Shown here piece after piece: positions 8,914 to 18,578 of a stretch of 64,000 nucleotides of DNA. How positions within the stretch are numbered: the first letter of the stretch is position 1; each line of letters starts with the position of its first letter. This stretch comes from an uncultured bacterium. Its GTDB lineage: Bacteria > Actinomycetota > Acidimicrobiia > Spongiisociales > UBA5794. The notes beneath the pieces were generated by a model. That model saw only the letters and a list, made by a program, of their open reading frames with translations, was not told the DNA's origin and ran no database searches. Position numbers and translations under genes: made by a program. The DNA is taken from contig CAWDDT010000004.1 of the NCBI GenBank assembly GCA_963801165.1, forward strand, positions 96,001-160,000, read 5' to 3'.

Positions 8914-9804
8914 TCAATGGTCTTTCTTCTGTTGACCGGGCTTGGAATCGCTGTGACCGGGCGGGTTCGCAGGAACACCGTCGGGCGGTCCGTGGTCCTT
9001 GTTGGAGAGCCCGGGTGGCTCGGCCGGCTTGTCTGCCGGCGGGCCTGGGTCGTGGCCGGTGAGACCGGGCGGCTCGGCGGGGCTGTTGCCCGGCGTGTCG
9101 GACACGGTTGCTGTCGCCGGCGGTGTGGGCTTCCCGATCTCAGCTGCCAACTCGGCCACCTGTCTTCCATCGAGGTCGTCGATGTTGGCGGCGAGATAGC
9201 TGAGCAATGTGTCCACGCTGTCCCGGTTTGGTCCGGCGGAGTCCTCCATCCGCTTGGCCGCAGCCTCGAGAGCCGCCGCGGCCGCTGAGCCCGAGACATG
9301 TTCGTCGAGCGCCTCGGCGGCGTGTTGCAGGCCACGTTGGATCTCGCCCGCGTCGAGCAACGCCTCGGCCTCGCTGAGCCGCTCGTGCTGCGCCCCGGCG
9401 CCGATCCCTACGGTTTCCAGGGCGCGGTCGACACCGTAGAGGAGATCGCCGGGCTTGGCCCCGTCGGCAGCAAGAGCGAGACCACTCGTTCCCCCAACCA
9501 CAACCGCGACCGCGGTCGCAATTGCCGCGGCTCGGCGTTTGAGGGCGCCGAACGATGACCGTGAGATGGCCGGGGCGGGGGAATCGAGGGCGGCCGTGGA
9601 CCCCGCTACCGCTGCCGTGACAAAGCCAGCAATGGCCTCTTCTTCAAGCTCGTCTGCACAGTCGGTGCGAAGTGCGGCGAGGAGGTCGGCCAGGGGCGCG
9701 AGCTCGCCGCCGGTGGCGGACGACCCCGTCAGCAAACGCTCTATCTCGGCTTCGGTGATGCTCTCTCGACCCATGTCACCCTGGTAATCGCCGAGATCGC
9801 TCAT
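8914..9804 (-). CDS. Putative anti-sigma factor (DUF5667-like) with Pro/Gly-rich tail
   Basis: ATGA overlap with the sigma stop codon; one TM segment; PGDLLYGVDRALE motif; PPG repeats. Confidence 0.7.
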   Translation of the reverse strand: MSDLGDYQGDMGRESITEAEIERLLTGSSATGGELAPLADLLAALRTDCADELEEEAIAGFVTAAVAGSTAALDSPAPAISRSSFGALKRRAAAIATAVAVVVGGTSGLALAADGAKPGDLLYGVDRALETVGIGAGAQHERLSEAEALLDAGEIQRGLQHAAEALDEHVSGSAAAAALEAAAKRMEDSAGPNRDSVDTLLSYLAANIDDLDGRQVAELAAEIGKPTPPATATVSDTPGNSPAEPPGLTGHDPGPPADKPAEPPGLSNKDHGPPDGVPANPPGHSDSKPGQQKKDH

Positions 9805-10397
9805 TTGGATACGCCCGGGCGCTCGATTTCTTTGCGCAGGGCTGCGATGGCACGCCGCTGCAACGCTTTGACCGCGCCGATGCGCTTTCCCATGGCCCGT
9901 GCCGTCTCGTCCAGGGTCAGCCCGGCAACGACCCGCAACAAGATCACATCCCGCTGATCGTCGGTGAGGATCGAGAGCATCCGGGCGACTGCGGCGCTGC
10001 CCAGAGCTTCCATTGCTTCGTCTTCGGCGCTTGGTGCCGATAGCTCGGGTTCGGGCGGCGTGTCCATCGGGGTCTCCTCGGGGCGACGACGCAGTCGGCG
10101 CCACTCGTCGGACATACGCCGGTACGCGATGACGAACACCCACGATCTGAACGCCTTCTGATCACCCTCGAACGTGGTCAGGTTGCGCGCCAGATCGGCG
10201 AACACCTCACCGACCAGAGCTTCGGGATCGGGCAATCCACGGGTGCGGAAGAAGCGCAGCAGGCTCGGCCCGAGATGGCGGACGAGGATCTCCCACGCCC
10301 ACTCCGACCCCTCCCGAGCCGCGGCAAGAACAGTGTCGAAACCAGATATCTCCACCGGCAAGAACTCCTTGCACCGCGCGTCGATGGCATCGGCCAT
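9801..10397 (-). CDS. ECF RNA polymerase sigma-70 factor
   Basis: Region 2 AFRSWVFVIAYRRMSDEWR; region 4 LTDDQRDVILLR...ETARAMGKRIGAVKALQRRA. Confidence 0.9.
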   Translation of the reverse strand: MADAIDARCKEFLPVEISGFDTVLAAAREGSEWAWEILVRHLGPSLLRFFRTRGLPDPEALVGEVFADLARNLTTFEGDQKAFRSWVFVIAYRRMSDEWRRLRRRPEETPMDTPPEPELSAPSAEDEAMEALGSAAVARMLSILTDDQRDVILLRVVAGLTLDETARAMGKRIGAVKALQRRAIAALRKEIERPGVSK

Positions 10398-10476
10398 TGT
10401 GAAGCCAAGCTTGAGAACGCTGCGGTCTTGGCCGTGTTTTCAAGTCTCGCCAACGAGAACCCAGGGTTCCGGCTGC

Positions 10477-11976
10477 TCAATCGCCGGAAAGGGCGAACAG
10501 CCAGGTGCCGTCCTCGGCTATCCCGACGCGGAAGAGACCATACCCGCCGAAAACGTTCCAGGCGTCCTCCAGCTGCTGCGGGCTCAGCCCGTTGAGTAGA
10601 CCGAGGAGGCGCCTCTGCTCGTCTTCGAGCTGGGCCCAGTCTTCGACCTGAGCGGCGGCGGGCCATTCGTAGTAGGTGAGCGGGTTTCCCGATCCGTCGG
10701 TCGAGCTGACTACCGCCGGTTCGGTGGCGCTGAGGGCGATGACGAGCATGCGGAGGGCGCCATCCCGGTCGGCGGTCTGGAGGTTGGAAACGTCGCCGTT
10801 GGCACCCCACCAGAAACTGTCGTCCGGTTCGTCGGTCCCGATGAGATCGATCAGCCTGTCGTAGTCACAGTCGATGGCGGCCCGGATCAACTCGTCCCGG
10901 GCCTCGATTACGGCGTCCGGAAGGGCCACGGGGGCCAGATCACCGAGGAGGTCCTCAGCGTCACCGCCGAGATCGGTCGCCGAGCAGGTCACGTCCTCAT
11001 AACCCCGCTCACCCTGGAGGTACACGTCGGCGAGCGATTCCGGCCCGGTGTACCAGAGCCTGTTGTTGTAGCGATTCCACATCTGCCGCACCGCCTCGAG
11101 CGGGTTGTTGGTCGTCTCCCTGCGCATCACCAACTCGAGGGCATCAGCCATACCCTGCGGAACCGGATGGAGAAGCTGCCCGTCGGTATCGAAGACGAGC
11201 TCGGTGAGGTCGCCACGGGTGATGGTGGTCAGCCGGTCACCCGGCTGGAGCGAGGTGTAAAGGCTCTGGTATTCCTGCGAGTGGAGCTCGTCGGTCGCTT
11301 GCCAATCCTCGCGAGCCTTGACAGCCTCGACGTCCTCGACCCGAAGGACCGGGTTCTCGCAGCATCTGCCGATCTCGACGGCCGTCGCCTCGACAATCGC
11401 GTTGCTACTGAGGAGCGAGTTGAGAGCGTCGACGACACTGAAGTCTTCCCAACCCTCGAAGTCGCCGACGATGACGCCGTTCTCGGCTCGACCGCTGCCC
11501 GTTTCCGATTGCTCGTAGAGGTCGCCGTCCCACTCGAGCAGGACTTCGCCGGCGGTGCCGGCAACGAACTGAGCGTCGACGCCCAACCACTCCGGGCTGG
11601 TCGTCAGACGGCCATCCGTACATGCATAGCCGACCAGTTGGACCGTGTCGGAGCTTCGCCACGACGCTTGGTTGGCCGATTGAAACGTGATGGCCCAATG
11701 GATCAGTGCCGTCCCGCCACCCGGAGCATCCCCGCCGGATAGTTCTTGAAGAGAGACCCACTCGGTATCGACGAGATCACCACAGTCGACCACGGGCGGC
11801 ACGGGTGGCGCGTTGGTGGTAGTCGAGACGATTGTTGTTGTAGGGATCGCGTGTGAGGTGCCTCCCGTCCTCTGCACCAGGATGGTGCCGAGAATCACGA
11901 CAACGACCATCGCCGCACCGGCCATGAACGCCGAGACGCGATGCGTTCGCAATGTCTCGATCCCGCGCTTGTTCAC
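10477..11976 (-). CDS. Membrane-anchored hypothetical protein
   Basis: 499-aa ORF with an N-terminal TM, Thr/Pro linker and C-terminal ...FRVGIAEDGTWLF domain. Confidence 0.65.
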   Translation of the reverse strand: MNKRGIETLRTHRVSAFMAGAAMVVVVILGTILVQRTGGTSHAIPTTTIVSTTTNAPPVPPVVDCGDLVDTEWVSLQELSGGDAPGGGTALIHWAITFQSANQASWRSSDTVQLVGYACTDGRLTTSPEWLGVDAQFVAGTAGEVLLEWDGDLYEQSETGSGRAENGVIVGDFEGWEDFSVVDALNSLLSSNAIVEATAVEIGRCCENPVLRVEDVEAVKAREDWQATDELHSQEYQSLYTSLQPGDRLTTITRGDLTELVFDTDGQLLHPVPQGMADALELVMRRETTNNPLEAVRQMWNRYNNRLWYTGPESLADVYLQGERGYEDVTCSATDLGGDAEDLLGDLAPVALPDAVIEARDELIRAAIDCDYDRLIDLIGTDEPDDSFWWGANGDVSNLQTADRDGALRMLVIALSATEPAVVSSTDGSGNPLTYYEWPAAAQVEDWAQLEDEQRRLLGLLNGLSPQQLEDAWNVFGGYGLFRVGIAEDGTWLFALSGD

Positions 11977-12189
11977 GACGTCAGTCTGTCACACCTCGAT
12001 AGCAAGAATCCCTGAGCGACCGGCGAGACGCAGGCGACGTGCACCGTCACTTGCGGGCGAGGGTTCCTGTCGGCTTAGCGAAGACTTCGGTCATCACTCG
12101 GCGAATTCGGACGGCCTATCGAAGTTGGCGCGCTTGCCAGCGTCCAGGATCACCGTCTGCTCACCATTTCGCACCCGTGATGAGCATGT

Positions 12190-12465
12190 TCACTCATTAC
12201 CCCGTTCCTGGGTGTGTCGTGCCCGGCTCCGGGCGATGCCGCTGCCTACCGTCATACCCATAGCGAGGATCACGATCCACAGCACGAACGAGTCGGTCCA
12301 GATCCAAACGGCGTACCCCAGCAGCAGCCCGACGAGGAGTCCGGTCCAGCGTGCTCCGGCCATGGGATCCTGGCCGGCGGGTGTCCCTCGCCGAGCAGCG
12401 AGGACAACGACCGCGGCAGCCGCTGCGGAAGCGGCGGCTGCGAGAGCGGAGGTGGTAATCGTCAT
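12190..12465 (-). CDS. Small membrane protein
   Basis: Three hydrophobic segments; in an operon behind MarR. Confidence 0.55.
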   Translation of the reverse strand: MTITTSALAAAASAAAAAVVVLAARRGTPAGQDPMAGARWTGLLVGLLLGYAVWIWTDSFVLWIVILAMGMTVGSGIARSRARHTQERGNE

Positions 12466-12488
12466 GATGTGTCTCGTCTCGGTGGATG

Positions 12489-13313
12489 TCAGATGGGAGT
12501 CGTGATGGTTGGGCGGTCCGGTCGATGGCTTGTGCCGGGCTGCCTGACGCCGACAGCGGCGATAGCCGCGCCGGCCGCGGCGATCACGGCGAATCCGATG
12601 GGGAGGCTCGGGTCATCGAGCGATCCGTGGGCAGCCTGAACGATGAACAGCCCCATGATGCTGAGAGCCATGAGCACGCTGAATACCAGACAGCCAAATG
12701 TCACGGCACGTGCTCCGGGCGAACGCAGAGCGAGCATCACCGCGGCGACCACGAATACCGGCAGGACGAATGCCAGGTCGAGCGCATACACCGCACTCGT
12801 GGGCACCTGCAGCTCGGCTACCGACTTGGGTAGGTCGCCGGTGACGATCGCTTGACCGATCTGGCTCAGCCACATCCCGCCGAAGACGATGACTATCAGC
12901 GAGAGAAACCCGATCGACGTGCGGCGCGGCAGACCCTCACCAACCTGGTCCTCGTCGGTGCGGAGGTCGTGTGCCTGAAGTGCGAGGCTCCAGCAAGCCA
13001 GGCCAAGGATGCCGATGTGTGCCGGGGTGAGTGGGTTCACGACGACCTGGAATGCGTAAATCGCATAGGTGTAGACGAGGTAGCCGAGGCCGGCGGCGAC
13101 GGCTACTCGAGTAGTGGCCGATCCCAGCCGGATGCGCCTCAACGCGGTCGCGAGCAGGGGGACGGCTACGAACAGGGTTGCCAGATCAGTCCCGCGCGCC
13201 TGGTCCACCATGGCAGGAGCATCGCGGTAAGCGGAGGTAAGCAGGCCGGCGACACTTGCGCCGCCGGCGAGCGCCGTCGCCAGGCAAGCCAACACGTATG
13301 CAGGTCGTTTCAT
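12489..13313 (-). CDS. Polytopic membrane protein
   Basis: About 8 hydrophobic helices; QARGTDLATL and VYALDLAF motifs; GAAAGG RBS. Confidence 0.75.
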   Translation of the reverse strand: MKRPAYVLACLATALAGGASVAGLLTSAYRDAPAMVDQARGTDLATLFVAVPLLATALRRIRLGSATTRVAVAAGLGYLVYTYAIYAFQVVVNPLTPAHIGILGLACWSLALQAHDLRTDEDQVGEGLPRRTSIGFLSLIVIVFGGMWLSQIGQAIVTGDLPKSVAELQVPTSAVYALDLAFVLPVFVVAAVMLALRSPGARAVTFGCLVFSVLMALSIMGLFIVQAAHGSLDDPSLPIGFAVIAAAGAAIAAVGVRQPGTSHRPDRPTITTPI

Positions 13314-13317
13314 TGTT

Positions 13318-13809
13318 TCATACCTTTCGATCGTCTATGGGATTGCGGCGCCCGATATCGCCGGTCTCGGCAGCGAGCAACTGAACGACCAGGTCGCGTA
13401 GCATCTCGATCCCATCCGGGTCGAGAGCGCCGAACACCGCATCGAGCGTGTCTTGCTGTATCGCCCGCACCGCGGGCTCGTTGAAGGTCGCGATCTTCCC
13501 GGTGAGCTCGAGGCGGGTGGCCCGTCCGTCGGCATCGTCCGACACCAGGCGGAGGTAGCCGCGGCGCTGCAAGCCGAGCGCAATCTGCTTTACGTTCTGT
13601 CGTGATGACCCATACCGCAACGCGGCCTCGGTCAGAGTCGGGCCCCGGTCGGGAAACCAGCGCTCAATGACGGCCAGGAGCAGCCACTGGCGTGACGTCA
13701 GGCCAAGCGGTCCTAGGGCCTCGTCGAGCCGTCGCGAGATGTGCTGTACGAGCACGAGCAGCGATCCGAAGAGCTCGGGCCGGGGGTCTGTGTCATTAGA
13801 GGTGGTCAT
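13318..13809 (-). CDS. MarR family transcriptional regulator
   Basis: LTSRQWLLL...PTLTEAA...SSRQNVKQIALGLQRRGYL...DGRATRL. Confidence 0.9.
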   Translation of the reverse strand: MTTSNDTDPRPELFGSLLVLVQHISRRLDEALGPLGLTSRQWLLLAVIERWFPDRGPTLTEAALRYGSSRQNVKQIALGLQRRGYLRLVSDDADGRATRLELTGKIATFNEPAVRAIQQDTLDAVFGALDPDGIEMLRDLVVQLLAAETGDIGRRNPIDDRKV

Positions 13810-13831
13810 ATACGCAAGGTATTACGTATAT
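13808..13831. promoter_or_regulatory. Probable MarR operator at a leaderless start
   Basis: Imperfect palindrome ATATACGcAA-ggta-TTaCGTATAT; minus-strand TACCTT 6 nt before ATG. Confidence 0.6.
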
Positions 13832-13951
13832 CGTTCGGCGTGCACCGGCCGAAGGTCCCTTACCGCGTGGTCCAGACGTCCTCTCGCGATGTGCCCGGCC
13901 CGGGTACGCTGATGTAATCGGGCGGCATCGGACGCCGCCGGGAGGGACGTC

Positions 13952-15548
13952 ATGTGTGCACGGCTAGTCGCTGGTCTGGCAGCTGTTGTTCTGTTTGTTG
14001 GTGTGTTGGTGTCATCTGCTGTGGCTGAGTTGCCTCCTGGTGGCACGTTTCTTGATGATGACGGTTCGGTGTATGAGGGTGCGATCGAGGCGGTTGCTGC
14101 TGCGGGTTTCACGGTTGGTTGTGACGGGTTGGGGGAGCGGTTTTGCCCTGACCAGTCGGTGACTCGTGGGGAGATGGCGACGTTTTTGGTGCGGGCTACG
14201 GGTTTGTCGCCACGAGAGCCGGTGCGGTTTGTCGATGCTCAGGGGGTGCATCGGGGGAGTGTTGGTGCGGTGGAGGCTGCGGGGTGGTTCAAGGGTTGTA
14301 ATCCGCCGGACAATGATCTGTTTTGTCCTGATGTGGTGTTGACGCGGGGTGAGGCGGCTGCGGTGTTGGTGCGGGCGTTTGATTTGCCGGCCGTGTCTGG
14401 TGGTGGCTTTGTTGATGTTGGCGGTTCGGTGTTTGCGGATGACATAGGGTCGTTGGCTGCTGCCGGGGTGACCAAAGGTTGTGACCCGCCTGCCATTGAT
14501 CGGTACTGTCCTGACCGTCCGGTGTCTCGTGGCGAGATGGCCACCTTCCTCACCCGGCTGATGGGACTGACACCAACCACACCTGAGAAACCGCTTCGAA
14601 GGAAGGATCGTGCTCGGGCTGTTGGGTGGTCATCTCTACAACGGGGGCATTGCCACGATGGAGGGCGATCGTGATCCGCAAACCCTGGTCGACGCCACGG
14701 TGGGTCTTCCCGACCTTTCACCCGATGGACAGCTGGTCGTGTACCGGGACGAGGCGCGGGTTTGCCCCACGCCGACGTCAACGTGGTGGGAGTGCTACTA
14801 CCGGATCTTCACCATCCCCTTCACGGGCGGTGCAGAGAAACAGATGACCCCGAACGAGCTGCGGTACTCCGGGTTCGAGTGGATCCCCGAGTCCGAGTCG
14901 GTTGGGTTCGCGGCGAGCTGGGGGGACGGCGGTTCGGGAGACGACTGGTTTGTAGCCAAGGTCGATACGGAGACGCCGCTGGTCGTCGACGTCGTTGCCG
15001 ACTCCAGCAGCTACGCACTGTTGTCGGCCGACTGGTCGGTAACGGGGGAGATCGCCACGGCTGCCCACAAACCTGGTGGCAGAACTGTGCTCCTTGTTCT
15101 TGACGCCGACGGGAACGAGGAATCGGTGATCGCAGCCGCCGATGCGGACATCGGAGGTGCGTCCTGGTCTCCCGACGGAAAGCTGCTGGCGTATTTTGTC
15201 TATCGCGGCAACAACAGCGAGCTGGTTGTGAGCGCACCGGACGGAACCGACCGGCATCTCGTAGCTTCCGGCGATGACTTGTACCCGTATCGGTGGTCGC
15301 CTGACGGCAGTATGTTCGCCTATGAGAGCAGGTTTCCCTCGGTGCTGGTGGTCTGCGCCGGTGATGGCGCCGACTGCAGGACCATCGCCGAACTCGAGAA
15401 CCCTTTCGACCTGGCATGGTCGCCCGATGGATCCGTGCTGGCATATATCGACGCTCACCGGGCATGGGCGATTCCCGTCTCGGGCGGGGATGCCTGGCCG
15501 TTGACTCCGTCAGACGAATGGGTGGCTTCGCTTGATTGGGCTGCGTGA
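13952..15548 (+). CDS. S-layer homology (SLH) domain protein with C-terminal TolB/WD40-like propeller, split by a frameshift near 14594
   Basis: Signal peptide; three SLH repeats (FCPDQSVTRGEMA, FCPDVVLTRGEAA, YCPDRPVSRGEMA); continues in another frame as FEGRIVLG... with repeated WSPDG motifs. Confidence 0.8.
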
Positions 15549-15552
15549 ATAC

Positions 15553-15782
15553 GTGAGTGTGGCTCGACGCCTTGTCTTTCTGATTGTGGTTGCCGTGGGG
15601 CTCGCCCTGGCGACTCCTGCTGTTGCCGAGTTGCCGCCTGGTGGCACGTTCTTTGATGATGACGGTTCGGCGTGGACCGGGACCGGGCTTGGGCGGTACC
15701 GGCATCGGGAGGAGCCGCGTGGCCATTGACGCCGTCGGACTTGCAAATCGCCGAGCTCGACTGGGGCCCGACCCCGCCCTGA
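15553..15782 (+). pseudogene. Internally deleted tandem paralog of the SLH-TolB gene
   Basis: Retains signal peptide + AVAELPPGGTFFDDDGS, then jumps out of frame to RAWAVPASGGAAWPLTPSDLQIAELDW, homologous to the upstream gene's C-terminus. Confidence 0.8.
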
Positions 15783-15788
15783 ACGACG

Positions 15789-16538
15789 TCACGCCGGGAT
15801 CGTCTTGACCCGCTCCACATAGCGGGTGATCTCGTGTTCCAGCACACCGGCGGCCCCGATCTTGCCAAAGTGGGTCAGCCGTGCTCGCAGGTCGTCGCGG
15901 GCGATGTACCAGGCACCGGCGTCGGGATGGAAATCGCCGGATGGGGCGAAGTACATCCTGCGGCCGACGTGGCGATACCCCTGGACCAGGAGCGGTACCC
16001 GGGTGACGATGTCGATGGAGTTGATCACCCGGTAGGTGCTCGAACCGAGCCGTGAGTTGTATGCGGCGGCGAACGGCGCCAGACCGTTGCGCGGGCCGCC
16101 GTAGGTGTAGACATCGGCCACGGGGATCCCGCTCTCGGCCAGCCTGGCGGCAGCCAGCACCGCAAGCCCGGCGCCGAGGCTGTGGCCGGTCAGTACCAGC
16201 TTTCGATCCGTTTGCGACGCCAACGGCACGACATCGTCCCAGACCTCGTCGAGCGCCCTCCGGAAACCCGAATGCACCTTGGTGCCGAACACACCGGGCA
16301 CCGGTCGGAACTCGGCGTCCCGGATCCAATCGGTGGCGTTGGTCGACTCGGTGCCTCGAAACACGAGGAACCGTCGCTGCTCGTCTTCGGCCAGGAACGC
16401 CTGGGTGCTGGCCCCCGAGAACGGGCGAGAGCCACCCAGGACGAGCATGCCCAGATCGTGTTCCACCTGGGCAAGAGGGTGGTACGCAATGCGGGAGAGT
16501 TGTACCGTCGTGAGTGCCAGTTGTGCGTCGAAAGCCAT
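15789..16538 (-). CDS. Lipase class 3 family protein
   Basis: VFRGTE, VHSGF, LTGHSLGA nucleophile elbow, YTYGGPR, DIVTRVP. Confidence 0.9.
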   Translation of the reverse strand: MAFDAQLALTTVQLSRIAYHPLAQVEHDLGMLVLGGSRPFSGASTQAFLAEDEQRRFLVFRGTESTNATDWIRDAEFRPVPGVFGTKVHSGFRRALDEVWDDVVPLASQTDRKLVLTGHSLGAGLAVLAAARLAESGIPVADVYTYGGPRNGLAPFAAAYNSRLGSSTYRVINSIDIVTRVPLLVQGYRHVGRRMYFAPSGDFHPDAGAWYIARDDLRARLTHFGKIGAAGVLEHEITRYVERVKTIPA

Positions 16539-16603
16539 GAGAGTCCTCCTCGTGTTCTACACGACGCGCGGCCGATTCGGGTGATACGCGAAAAACCGCC
16601 GAT

Positions 16604-17596
16604 TCAGGATTGAACCCGGGCGCGGCTCGGCTTGGGAGCAGACCGGCGTAGACCGGTTATGTCGATCGTCGCCACCGATGCCCCGCGAGGTGTCGAGCGG
16701 GATCCGCCCACCACCCGGCCGATGAGCGCTCCCGCCTCGGTGCGTTGCTTGCCCCGGTACATGAGATCGTCGGCCACATGCACCATCTCCTCGACGGAAT
16801 CGGGTGGTGTGAGAAACGTTACGTACCCCGCGGTCGCCGTCACCATGGGGATGTCGGTGCGCATGGCGATGCGGTGGCGGATGCGCTGGAGAACGGCGTG
16901 CGCCGCAAACTGGTCGGTGTTGGGCAGGACGATCGTGAACTCGTCGCCGCCCACCCTGCCCACGACATCGACGCTGCGCACTGAGTGGGCGAGGATCTGG
17001 CCGAACGCGGTCAGCACCGCATCACCGACGACGTGGCCGTGGCCGTCGTTTATCTGCTTGAACTGGTCCAGGTCGAGGAACGCTATCGAGATGGGCTCGC
17101 CGGTGCGGGTAGCTCGCGCCCGCTCCCGCTCGGCGACCTCCTGGAACGCTCTCGTGTTGAGTAAGCCTGTCAGTGAGTCCCGGCTGGCGTCCTCAATCAT
17201 CTGGAGGACGAGCAGGCGGAACATCCGCGTCAGCACGATCCCGATCGTGAGGAGGACAACGCCGGAGATGAGTCCCACAACCGCTTGCGCCGTCAGTCGG
17301 CCCGCGGGAGCGCTCGTGCCGAGAATCGCACGTGCTGCCAGCAAGACTTCGGCGGTGAGCATTGCGGCCACTGTGTGTCCGGTCCAAGTGATCGCGGCGG
17401 TGATCACGAAGAAGCCCAACAGCACGTGGGCATCCGAGTTGATCAAACGATCGACCAGCAGCAGTGACCCGCCGGCCAACCCGGCGAGTGGCAGCACGAG
17501 CCACCGGGGCGCTCTCATAACTCTTATCAGCAGCTCCCACGCCGGCACGACGTTGTAGTCGACCGGGGAAGAGCGACCGTCCCATCTCGCAGACAT
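16604..17596 (-). CDS. Membrane GGDEF diguanylate cyclase
   Basis: DSLTGLLN, DLDQFKQINDGHGHVVGD, RSVD I-site, GRVGGDEF. Confidence 0.9.
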   Translation of the reverse strand: MSARWDGRSSPVDYNVVPAWELLIRVMRAPRWLVLPLAGLAGGSLLLVDRLINSDAHVLLGFFVITAAITWTGHTVAAMLTAEVLLAARAILGTSAPAGRLTAQAVVGLISGVVLLTIGIVLTRMFRLLVLQMIEDASRDSLTGLLNTRAFQEVAERERARATRTGEPISIAFLDLDQFKQINDGHGHVVGDAVLTAFGQILAHSVRSVDVVGRVGGDEFTIVLPNTDQFAAHAVLQRIRHRIAMRTDIPMVTATAGYVTFLTPPDSVEEMVHVADDLMYRGKQRTEAGALIGRVVGGSRSTPRGASVATIDITGLRRSAPKPSRARVQS

Positions 17597-17687
17597 GTGT
17601 GAAACATCGGATCGTCGGCACCACGACTAAACGTTTTTCCGAGCGAAATCCCGCTCCGTTAACCTACGAACGAATCGGAGGACGGCT

Positions 17688-18449
17688 ATGGATATCACTG
17701 GAGCCTCGGCGATCGTCACCGGAGGGGCGTCGGGGCTGGGCGCGGCGGTGGCGCGGCGGCTCGCCGGAGACGGGGCGCATGTCGTCCTTGTCGATCTCCA
17801 GGCGGACCGTGGCGCTGAGATTGCAGACGAGATCGGGGGTGTTTGTGTTCCCGCCGACGTCACCGACGCCGAGCAGGTCGCGACGGCGGTTGCCGCGGCC
17901 GGCGATATGGGACCGCTGCGGGTCCTCGTCACCTGTGCCGGGATCCTCATCCCGGCGCGCACGCTGAATCGGGACGGGCGACCGGTAGACCTCCACCTGT
18001 TTGAGAAGAGCATCTCGATCAACCTCGTCGGGACGTTCAACTGCATCCGTCTCGCCGCAGCGGCGATAGCCAGAACGGATCCCCTCGACCACGGGGAGCG
18101 AGGAGCCATCGTCACGACGGCATCGGTTGCCGCGTTCGAGGGTCAGATCGGTCAGGCAGGCTACTCGGCGTCGAAGGGCGGGATCGTCGGGATGACGCTT
18201 CCCGTGGCTCGTGACCTGTCGGTGATCGGCGTCCGGGTGAACGCCATTGCTCCCGGGATCATGGACACACCCATGCTCGCCGGTCTGTCCGAGGATGCCA
18301 GGACGTCGCTGGGTGCCCAGGTTCTCTTCCCGAAGCGGCTGGGCACGCCTGAGGAATTCGCCGCGCTGGCGCATTTTCTCATCACGCACTCCTATATGAA
18401 CGGCGAGACGATCCGCATGGACGGCGGTATCCGGATGGGACCGAAGTAG
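17688..18449 (+). CDS. SDR oxidoreductase (3-hydroxyacyl-CoA dehydrogenase type II-like)
   Basis: TGGASGLG, TASVAAFEGQIGQAGYSASKGG, MNGETIRMDG. Confidence 0.92.
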   Translation: MDITGASAIVTGGASGLGAAVARRLAGDGAHVVLVDLQADRGAEIADEIGGVCVPADVTDAEQVATAVAAAGDMGPLRVLVTCAGILIPARTLNRDGRPVDLHLFEKSISINLVGTFNCIRLAAAAIARTDPLDHGERGAIVTTASVAAFEGQIGQAGYSASKGGIVGMTLPVARDLSVIGVRVNAIAPGIMDTPMLAGLSEDARTSLGAQVLFPKRLGTPEEFAALAHFLITHSYMNGETIRMDGGIRMGPK

Positions 18450-18578
18450 GCCGGGCGAATCCCGCATGATGGGCCACTCCATGAATTGGAAGCCCGCACG
18501 CAAGCCCATTTCTCCTAGAGTCTCGACGATGTTGTGTCGGAACCTCAACAACCGACACGAGCTGCCGACAGGTCGGGT

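Noticed and set aside
12075-12197. Possible alpha/beta-hydrolase C-terminal remnant on the minus strand (QTVILDAGKRANFDRPSEFA)
   Set aside because: Too short and degenerate to list as a feature without a search.
14581-14610. Programmed ribosomal frameshift in SLH-TolB (and other split genes)
   Set aside because: No slippery heptamer seen, and many similar indels across unrelated genes favour sequencing error.
18450-18578. Riboswitch upstream of the C26/deaminase genes
   Set aside because: Only one GTGTCGG/CCGACAC stem is visible; no purine or other aptamer consensus recognised.
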